Shown: one piece after another, positions 54,107-64,000 of the stretch
How the letters are laid out: every line of letters begins with the position of its first letter
Position numbering within the stretch: position 1 is the stretch's first letter
Origin: Ophelia neglecta
Lineage: Eukaryota
Assembly: GCA_965285935.1 (NCBI GenBank)
Contig: OZ260665.1
Location: 27,528,001-27,592,000 of the forward strand
Direction of reading: 5' to 3'
Length of the DNA stretch: 64,000 nt
Notes under the pieces: model-generated
Seen by the model: only the letters and a program-made list of their open reading frames with translations
What the model was told of the DNA's origin: nothing
The model's database searches: none
Program-made: the position numbers and the translations under genes

Positions 54107-55898
54107 ATGATATTTTCATTCTAGATTAATTATTAATTGGAATCTTTTCACATAATTATACTATTAAATTTATTTTAATTTCACTATTATCAAACATACA
54201 ATACAAGGCTACTGATAGACATTTGTCCAAAGGCCTGTCTCCACATGATGTCTCAATGATAGTTAGCAGGTGTGTTTGATAATAATTAGCAGGTGTGTTT
54301 CATAATAATAATCTTTCTTCCCATAGTTTTTGTCAATGTTACCCTGTTTGTTACAATATGCCCCGCTTTCTTTTCTTGTTCTGGCTAAAATAATTTAAAT
54401 GGTTAAATACTATTGAAGTAAAATGCCAATGCATTAAGGAATATTTTTTCATGATGAAAAGCTGTGTAAGGTGGGGGGGGGGGGGGGTACTATATACAAG
54501 ATTTGAACATTACTTTGGCTTCAGGGTTTGTATTTTCTGCTTGGTATTTTCATAAATGTGTCAAATAGAAATAAGTAAAGGAATGATTTTGCGTCTTGAA
54601 GTTGCCAATTTATGTCGTACTACTATCATCAGTATTATAGTGTTTAATGTAAGGGCTTCCCTGGGTAAACATGGCCAGTATCAGATGTGAACCTAAATGT
54701 ACCATTAACCAATTGCATACCGGATACCGCCTAACGAAAGCTCATAACTAGTAGACACAGAATTCTTGTAAGGAAAAGAAGGGGTTAAACAATGTGTCAC
54801 ATTAGTATGAACTGGTACTCAAATGTATTTCATAATGGTTTAATTCTAATTTACTGCTGACATATTTAGTTTACTTCTGCATATTGTTTGAGCCTATTGT
54901 TAAAGCATATTGTTTGGTAGTTGTGAGCCGAATTTCAAAGCCTACAGCTTGGTAGTTTTTGCCTAATGTTTAAGCCTTTTGTTGCACCAGAGGTTGACCA
55001 CATGGCTGGGGGTATGCCCAGTTTGATGTGGTTCTGATTGCAGGTAGTGAAATATCTTGTTAATAGGTCAATTTTAACAATTTATATGAAACATTCAAAG
55101 TAGCTTTAAGCTATTTTTCACTGTTATTATCAGAGAAGCTAGTTTTTGTTTATCTCCTGGAAGTTTTGTCACCATGTTAAGGGTTTACCCAGCAGTTTCT
55201 TTATACATTGGGTGTATAAATGAAAAGAATCAAATTTTGTCATCTTTATGGTATTTTTTGGAAGTGTATTTGTACTTTGTGTTTTTAACACATGTGTATT
55301 TTAACGTAGAAAATGCCTAAATAATTAATTATATTAATGATATTTCATAGCTTACCGAGGTTGTATCTCCAGTAAACACATGTCATAATAATTGTATGTT
55401 GCATTGCCAGTTTTAGTTACCTTTGCTGTGTTCTTGTTTTATTATGTTCTCATATATTTGTTACAAAGAAGTTCCGTTGTTATTTTTTATTAATATTTGG
55501 CATGTGTAATGTTTTCATTTGCTGTGCAAGAATTCATGTAGAACACATGTAGGTGATGTACTTAAAATAATGTAAAGATTGAAAACATGAATAAAGACTT
55601 CATCAATCATCCATACAGTTTTTATATTCTTTAAAAATTGTACACAAAATTATTTATTTTAAATTGGGGCTATTGGGTAATTAATGACAATAATACAAGA
55701 TTTTTTTTTCAAATAAAAATAGGCTACACAGAAATAAATTGGATATATACTGGGAGTCTATGTTCAAATGGAGATTTTGGAATAGCCATACAAGATTGTC
55801 CAGTACACTCCTATAAAAACCAGCTCGATCCTTCCAAACTTGTTACATGAGAATTTGACACTGACACTATGCACACTGATTATCTCTGAGCTGGTTCT

Positions 55899-58800
55899 CT
55901 AGCCAGAGCATCCTCTACACCCACACTGCACACATTCCACTATCTTGCCCTGTAAAAAAAATATACAAGTATACATATTATTATGCATAACAGTGTCAAA
56001 AGAGCAATCAGAATATTGACCCTGATGGCCAAATATATTTTAACTTGATGTACATGTATACTACACATTGACATAGTCCATTTTCTGATGCAGACATATT
56101 TATTGTGCATTTAAACATTATGTGTATGTTGTAATCAGTCATGTGTAATTTATCAATTTCTATATTTGATTAACAGTGAATACTGTAAAACCCTTTAATT
56201 TCATGGCCCTTAATTATCACGATCTTGTCACAAAAATTATTTTGCTGCCCTTTAACATTAGTTATAGTGGCTTCCACAATAGGTCCTTACTGTGCCTCTT
56301 AATATGGCAAGCCTTTTAATTTGGCTGTTTCAAACATACTTGTGAAATTTGCATAATAAGGGGCTTGCAAAATCCAAGGGTTTTACAGTAGATTTAAAAA
56401 CAATATTTGGGACATTCAAATTCTATCTGTAAGTGATGTTGTAGCATTGGGAAGAGCAGATACAGTCCAATTTTAAAATTGTTACTTTAAATTTCCCATA
56501 AAAAAAAAAACAGAAAGTTGGCAAATACTTTTTGAATTGCTCCATGTAAATCTCAGTAATATATGACTAAGTACACCATTAGGCTAGCCTAGCATAAGAA
56601 AATAGATTAATTCATTAAAGTATATAAACAGGACTAACTTCTTCCAATTTAGTTTTTGGAACCCTGCACACACAATTTGTGGCAAAGTTAGTGTCCCTAG
56701 TCTGTATACATCGAAGACAACAGAGGTTTTCATAACCAGGCTTTTTCCATTTGGCAATCAGGTTGGCATCAGCTATTCTCTCTTTAAGGCAGTAGTCATA
56801 TAGTTCTGGAAAGAGAATATTTATTATTGTTTATCGAAGGCTTTTCAGCACACTTCAAGGCTCAGAAATAGAAAGAGAGGCTGAGAATGGTTAAAATGTT
56901 ATTAAGTTACACATATTTTATAAGGCATTTTCCTTTTTATCATCCAGGATTGCCTAGGCAGGGAAGAGGGGGATGGGGTGGGAGAGAAGGATGCTGACAT
57001 AGCAAATGAGGGGAAGTGTTGGCCGGGAACATCGATGCCTGCAGATGGTTGAGTAGGGAGGGGCGAAGGACATGTACAGGGGTTAGATGGGATGGGTTGG
57101 GGGTATAGTGTTGTGTGGCATTAAGTTGTTCGCCTGAAAAAATGTGCTGGTAGGAGACCAGGGAGTTGAAAGTGAGTGCAGCATATGGGTCTTTCTAGTT
57201 ACAATAAAAATACAAATAATAAATATATACTTATATAGATCTATATAAACAAAGCATACACATCCCTGGAATATTAAATTCTATCTTGTACTGGTTACAT
57301 AGAGAGAGACCAATGTCACCATGTGTTACCAACCTCTGCTTATGGCTTTACGTTTGTAAAAGAGATCAAATATGTATCTAGTCTTCTGGTGGTGAATTCT
57401 AAATATTGGCCACAGTGCTTCCACTTTTCTCTTTCCCTCATGTGGATCTGTCTCGGCTGAAACATATTATTTTGCATTAAATAAAGTATCATTTAGGAAT
57501 GATTTATAATATTGGTATATATTTCTTATAATGTTTTTATTTTCAAAAAAAAATCCTAATACAGCAGTACCTGCCATGTGCGGTCCCTGTAATGGGTGCT
57601 CCCCTGCAATGGGCGGCCATAATTTCAATGTACCGATTGTCTTTCCATTAAAACTACCTGGAATGGCTGGCCACCTGCTAAACACGGTCGGGGACAGTCA
57701 TTTCATGCACTTTATTCCCTGATATGAGCGGCCATTTCATGCTCTTTTGACAATAATTGGCGGAGAAAATTCGTTTGAACGGAAGTGAAAACTCGGCCGT
57801 CGGATGGCATGTTTTACATGTGGCCAGTACCCGGATTTTGTTAACAACATGGATGTGATTGCAATTAGCCAATTATAACTGACGACACACAGCGGGTTCA
57901 TTGAGGTAATGCACAATTATCAACAGGTCATAGACAAACGACTTTTAGGCACTGTCATTTAATGTGTTTGTTTGTGTTAATTTTTTTAACTTTGAAATTT
58001 CGTGTGACTAATTTTATGTGCCATGAACATTACAAATAAAGACCAATATATTTCTAAGAATATGTGACCATAATACACTACTTATAGGTCATTCTCATAA
58101 TACAGTCCTCAATATGATCTATGCCCGGGAGGATACATCAAAATGGCCTCTTTATCACCATCAATCCCTAGGTAGCATAGATCTCATTGTGTTAAGTTGG
58201 AAATATGCCATGGGATAAGCCTTTATTGATTAAAAAAAGGTCTAAACATTCAATATTATAGGTACCAAACATGATAAATGGGTTATTACGGCAAAATTAA
58301 TGGTTTTTAGAGGTTATTTCAGTATTTCAAAGATTATTTTGGTGTTTCGTCAGACCGCAGTAGAACTTATGAGAGACCACCAAATAAGTGGATTTATACC
58401 GAGCCCAGCGAGGCTCTTACAGTACCATACATGTACATAAAGCATTTACCCATATAATGAAAGGGTACCCATACCTATCCCTGGCATTTTTATTCAAGGA
58501 GAGATTACCCAGGAATCACTTTGGGTTCCATACTGGTTCCACTTACTGCTAGGCCTATTACACCACACTTGTGGCGTTTTCTCAACCGCATATTACAAAA
58601 CAGAGGTCAGTGAGGCAGGCACTCCTGCGCTCAGGCTTTTGAGGCTTTGCCTTTTCATATTAAAAGGGGTGGTCTTTCATCAGGGGCTCCATTGTATCAA
58701 GGATTTTTGACAGAATTATTGTAGGGAAAAGATATTCCTAAAAGGATTTTTAAGTAGCATTGCTTGTCAAATATTCCACCTTAAATCCTGACTCAAACGA

Positions 58801-58982
58801 AATAATATCACGGCAAATGCTACTTTCCCAGCAAATTGTTGGAGATTTTATTTATACCCTATTATCGCTCATCAGATATTTGGCTTACCTTCTCGCATTT
58901 TTGCGTCCAATTCGTCTATAGTGGGCTCTATCAGCTCATACCCGTCTGGGGGAGGTTTTCTGCTTCTTTTTACCTTCGGCAT
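55899..58982 (-). CDS. BUD31: BUD31 (G10) splicing factor, 144 aa, 4 coding exons
   Basis: Exons 58982-58889, 57456-57334, 56805-56639, 55949-55899 (435 nt). Protein [56 protein letters not shown]...[18 protein letters not shown]...CGCRGCSG*. Not in the ORF track because the exons are short. Confidence 0.97.
56183..56388. mobile_element. TA-flanked MITE in BUD31 intron 3
   Basis: 13-bp TIR CTGTAAAACCCTT / AAGGGTTTTACAG with TA on both sides. Confidence 0.8.
58110..58368. mobile_element. Partial copy of the 48.6-kb foldback MITE family (centre + right arm)
   Basis: GATCTATGCC...CATCAAAATGG...GCATAGAT centre is shared with 48785-48850. 58190-58360 is the reverse complement of 48605-48775, with divergence. 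Confidence 0.7.
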
Positions 58983-59168
58983 AATGTTGGTTTGCTTTTA
59001 ATAATAAGTGTATCAACGACTATATAAATCAATATCAACAACTTGGGAACGCAAAAACTACCGTACGGATTTTTACCGGAAGTGAGTCACGCTTGCGCAA
59101 CTGTAGTTTCCTCATCAAAGACGTGTGTTGGAAAGTTTAGCAGAACAAAATATCTTAATTTTAAAAAA
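58983..59168. promoter_or_regulatory. Compact bidirectional promoter BUD31/PDAP1
   Basis: 186 bp between divergent ATGs. CCGGAAGTG (ETS/GABP-type) 59076-59084 overlaps TGAGTCA 59083-59089, and palindrome TTGCGCAA is at 59093-59100. Confidence 0.75.
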
Positions 59169-62100
59169 ATGCCTGGCGGACGCGGTGAGTGAAGCTAATA
59201 TTTTTCACTATCAGAAAAGGTTTTTGATTTCGTGATAATGGCAAGTGAAATTTTTTTTTCTTGACATTTTCGGAATCTGTTTTTCTGTCAAACACCATTG
59301 TCAGATCTATGCTAGTGAAAATTCACAAGCAGAGAAGTCAAGAGACCAACCTATATTATTGTAAGGTGAAATCGATCTGGAAAATACATATGTATGAAAC
59401 AATTTGCAAACAGAAATTCTGTAACTTAATTATACAGTTCAGTTTTACATAGTTGATATAGCTAAAAGTAAAAACATGTGGGTGTACATGGGTTGGATTT
59501 GGATTTTTGGGGCTTAACAACTGTGTACATGGGCCCTGAAATATAAGATTTTACTCCTCGCAACGTGGGGTCTTAAATCTGAGTTAAATGTATAACATCT
59601 AAACATGCACTCTAATAACCGAATGCATGACTGCTTTGTTCACATTATTTTTAACCCAGTGATAAGCATCAACAAGGTCATAGATCATATGGCACTGAAT
59701 TGTAGCATTTGACAACCTTTGAAACGATGGAACATAACAGTCTAAACGATAAATAGATCTACAACAGAAAAATTACTACCATTACCCTCGCAACCTCGCA
59801 TCTCCCATGAGGTTATATTGCCTCAAGCCCTCGCAACAATTTTATAAGTAGCAAGTTCATGTTGTAAAAATTAAGCGTCATTCCTTAATTGTGGAAGTCT
59901 GGGTGGGAAAATTAAATAACTAACTGCAACCTCCCCTTGCCCCACCCCCCAGCCCTGTATACTAGTCAAATAATGACCCTACCATTAAGTATAAAAATCC
60001 CTCAAAAAAGCTTTAGTAGCTGGCAAAGTTGCCAGCTGACGGCTCTTAATGAGAGGCTTAACTTGGACCTAATTTGCAGTAATATTGCTTTTAAATTACC
60101 AATAACTATGTTCACTACTTAAGTGTTTATTTGTTAAAAACTAATGGTTATATTGTTAAGTCATTTCCTTGTTATTGGTGTAAACTGACCAATTAGTTGT
60201 GAGATAAAAAAAATTCAAATTGAATTATGTATCAATGACTTTACAGGAAGAAAGAAAACTCATAAGGGAGGTCATCGTCACTTTACAAATGCTGATGAAT
60301 TAAAGAAATCAGAAGAAAAGGCAGAGAAGGAAAAGGAATGGAAAGTGAGTTGATATAAGTAGTGTATACTACTTCCCAATTAATATATTAATGTGTAGAC
60401 AATTAAAGTGTTTTGTTCATTCTAGTAGACATTGTAAATATGCTAGTCACTTTGACATTGATTAATTACACTCTGTGCAAGAGAGGATTAAGGCATGTCC
60501 ATCTTACAAGTGTTTAAACCATGGCTAGCTGCAGTCTAGTAATATTATAGAAAGGTGTCATATACCCAGCCTATTAAAAGTAGGATGTCTTTGAAATGAA
60601 ATGTCAACCAATCTAAATATACCAGCCATCTAAATGAGTCCACAGGCTGTAGATGCTGAAGTTTTAAAATAACTTTAGATGGGATTTATGTAAAATTGAA
60701 GAGCTGAATTGTTTTTCTTGACTTTAGCGCCGTCAAGGTTTGCTGCCATCTAGTGATGAGGAAAGTGATGAAGAAGGTGCAGCTGCCCCAAAATCTAAAG
60801 ATAAAGATGATGGTATTGCATTTGAAGAGGATTCTTCTTCAGAAGAGTCTGAAGAGGAAAAGGTATTATTTGGCACTCTTTGGTCCTAATTGTAATTCAT
60901 TTCTCCTAAATGCAAAAGTAATAAAAATTTAACAGTTGTGAGCACCTTTATTATATTGTAATGACCAACTGGTGTCAGGTTACTACATGCAACACACTGC
61001 CACGATTGTGAAAAGAGGGGCCTGAGTGGTTAGATTAGTGTGTAGTGTGGACCATATAAGATAAAGAAGTTAATTTTTAATACTTATTAATTATGAAAGC
61101 ATTTTCTGACATGTGTGAAGTACCAGACATGCTGGCTGTCTGGTTTAATAATTAGAATTCAACCATTTTGCATCCTTCCCACGAATTCTCATAGCACTTA
61201 CCCTGCCATTTGGTTTGGCTGCTGTGTACACTCAAGCGGCAGGTGCAGATATGTGGTTTATGATATAGTGATTGGAATTGGTTTCAATTTCATGATTAAT
61301 GATTGTTTTTTTTATATCCAACCAATGATTGAAGATAATTGCTTTCTTTAGCCAGCAGATTGTTAAGAATTATCTTTCTGTATTTCATATTTACAAAATT
61401 AGAACTTGGTTGCTTTATCCAGGATACTTCATTTCATTTCTATTCCTGCTGAAAGTAAAATTCAGTGATATATGTAGTATGTAACAAGCATTTGCAATTC
61501 TTATCTCACACACACATAGGCCTATATTGAAAATAGAACATTTATTATGAACAAGTGGTTTAAGATCCAAAATGTTTTGCTAAACTCTGTATTTCCAATT
61601 ATTTCATTTGTTGGTTTTCATAATCAGAAGCTTGTTTTTCATATATTCAGCCAGTGATCAATATAATCGATGACCGGCTGATCAATAGCCTACACTGTAC
61701 TAATTAACAGTGTTGTGAGAAGTGTTGGCTTTAGAGGCGCCCTCTATTGCACATCTGTTTTTGATAAATTTGTCAAGTTCACCGAGCATACCATTCAGTT
61801 TTATCATTTATAAAACTGAATCTTCATTTGCTCACAATTTCTTTGTTTATTTGCAGGAGCTTAAACCAAAAGGTGTTTCGGCTCTAATAGAGGTGGAAAA
61901 TCCTAATCGGATTGTGAAAAAGAGTAAAAAGGTGGAAGAACTTCAAACTGGTGATAATAAACCACAATTAAGTAGAAAGGAGAGGTAAACATGTTAATAT
62001 TTATTATTTTTCTCTCTCATTCTCGAGAGTTTTAATCTTATTTATTCACACTATATTAAATATATTAGAATTTAATTCCTAACTTAGTACTAGGTTTAGT

Positions 62101-63405
62101 ATTTTTTGCTAATTGTTATAAGTGAAGCTAAGCATACACAATTAGGCTCTTTTAATTTGAATTGGGTTTATAAGCCTGAATTTTCTCAGGCACTTGTTTG
62201 CTCAATACAGAAAAGAAACTTTTTACTGCTATTTTCCCCTTAAAATATATAAAGAAAGGTTCTCAGGCACACGTCAAACCTAAGACGTAAAAATAGCTAC
62301 TGATGGCTCCCCTGCCAGGCGCCCGGTATTTCGGGGGTAGTATCAGGACCGGTCAACCCGGTGTGAGTATAATGTGACTAGGTGGGGTTCCCTGTCTGGT
62401 GTCTAAGGCGGGTACTCCAGTGAGGCAGCACTCTAAAGAGGGCATTGAGTCCACTGTCACAAGTAGGCACTGTGGCGATATGACCAATAAGTGTTGAAAT
62501 CCACGTAAAAACCCCAAACAACAACAACAACAAACAACAACTCAGGCACATGTTATCATGTTATGCACAAGTAACAAGTTAGGTTAACTTTTTTTCAAAT
62601 CTTTTTTCGGGGGCAAGTTTTTCCATGAGGCATTTTATGTAGTAAAAATGCCTAAAAATCCAATTATGGCTGCTTGGCCTTATAATAGTTCTGCTGTGGT
62701 TTTAGTGCATTTGTGCGGCTCCCTTTCCCTCATTTTTTATTTCAATTTGGCAACTCTCTACCAACATTATTTTTCTTAAAGTATTCATCCCTCACTATCA
62801 AGTGATTTGATCCTTACTTCATTTTCCTCACTGTTTAATCAATCCTAGCATTGATATTCAGTCAATTGATGCACATGTTACACTATATTTGTGAGTGTTT
62901 TAAATTTTGAACACAAAATAAATTTCTATTTTATCACTTGTGTCTTACTTTTCTACTTCACTAAGAAACCAGAGGCAGGTGCGGTGGGGATCAGGAAACT
63001 CTTTATTAAGTTGTGTATGGCCTAATCATCCTGTTTTTGCTCTGTAGAGAAGAAGTAGAAAAACAGCAAGCGAAGGAGCGGTATAGGCAATTACACATGG
63101 CAGGAAAGACGGATGAGGCAAGGGCAGACTTGGCACGTTTAGCCCTTATAAGGAAACAAAGGGAAGACGCTGCCAAAAAACGTGATGTGGAGAAACTAGG
63201 TTTGTTATTACAAAGTATTCAAGTGAATTTCTTACATACGCCCCTTAAGTTAATAATAACATTGAAGTTAAAAGTAACAGTGTGACCAGAAGATGTCATT
63301 GCCGAGTGGACAAATTGAATTGACTGTTTGTGCTTTTCAGAGAAAGAAAAGGCGGATAAGGCAGCTGAAGCCAAACTAAAAGAGAGAAGAGCGGCGAAGC
63401 AATGA
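59169..63405 (+). CDS. PDAP1: PDGFA-associated protein 1 (PP28/HASPP28), 197 aa, 6 coding exons
   Basis: Exons 59169-59184, 60247-60344, 60728-60862, 61857-61984, 63048-63199, 63341-63405 (594 nt, open). Motifs HKGGHRHFT, an acidic tract, [27 protein letters not shown] and [21 protein letters not shown] are PP28-family signatures. Confidence 0.95.
62272..62540 (+). mobile_element. 5'-truncated SINE (Meta-domain type) with (CAA)n tail, in PDAP1 intron 4
   Basis: Perfect 10-bp TSD CTCAGGCACA (62262-62271 and 62541-62550). The body GTCAAACCTAAGACGTAAAAAT...CTCCCCTGCCAGGCGC resembles the Meta SINE core. 3' end CGTAAAAACCCC(AAAC/AAC)n. No tRNA head. Confidence 0.85.
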
Positions 63406-64000
63406 CAGGAGTCCGGCGTCTCTTACTAGAAGATAACACTTCATATAACGCCTTGTGACTTGTGACATTTTCCCTTGTGTGTGCTACAACAGGCAAGACA
63501 CCCTGATACTACTTGCAAGAAGTGTGTCAGGAAATGCCAGTCCAACTGTGGTGTCTCCAATCAAATGTATTTCCTTATTACCATTATGAAAGTGCTACAT
63601 GAGTACTGTTGATATGTGGAGGGCTAAGTGTTATAAACCGGTACTCTGAAGAGCTCACATATAATAAAACTTTGGTGTGGGTACAATGTTCATTCGATTT
63701 AAATTTTCTGTAATATTACTGTAACCATTTGTTCAAATGAATTATTACCTGTTTCGTTTAATGTCCAGTGTTGTAATTCATCATAAAAATATGTTAATTA
63801 TACCATTTGGTAAGTTGTATTAATTGTATGCAAAGTCCTTCACAATAGCCAAAAAATGGACCAAAATCAGCAGTCCAGAAACAGATAACTATTTGTTCTT
63901 CTGCCTATCGGAGTTGGGCTAATCACAAGCAGATGGCATGTGTAAGCATTGATGTAGAGTTTGGTGGAAAATGGTGGAAATGTTGGATTAAATATTGGAA

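Noticed and set aside
61017-61060. tRNA-like A-box (GGCCTGAGTGGTTAGA)
   Set aside because: No B-box or cloverleaf; at most a decayed SINE head.
63403-63459. PDAP1 TGA-C readthrough extension
   Set aside because: The extension ends in NAL, which is not a PTS1, and there is no other support.

Overview
AT-rich eukaryotic (animal, probably lophotrochozoan invertebrate) genomic DNA with spliceosomal introns; it is not prokaryotic. Seven protein-coding genes could be assembled by hand with phase-consistent splice sites. They are an NDUFA4/COXFA4-family gene (+), an uncharacterised 680-aa two-TM protein with several PPxY motifs and a PDZ-type C-terminus (-), an intronless RANBP9/10 (-) head-to-head with a SERF whose CDS is also uninterrupted (+), CRLF3 (+, two GC-AG introns), and BUD31 (-) head-to-head with PDAP1 (+), with 186 bp between their ATGs as in the human pair. 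Introns and intergenic DNA carry many non-autonomous transposons with readable termini: MULE-like (9-bp TSD), hAT-like with unusual 5- and 6-bp TSDs, Tc1/mariner and Harbinger MITEs, a Kolobok-like foldback, a Meta-type SINE with a 10-bp TSD, and CR1 fragments. Several minisatellites are also present. Most short ORFs in the supplied track are spurious. No rRNA, tRNA or CRISPR features were found. Family assignments come from recalled sequence knowledge, not database searches.
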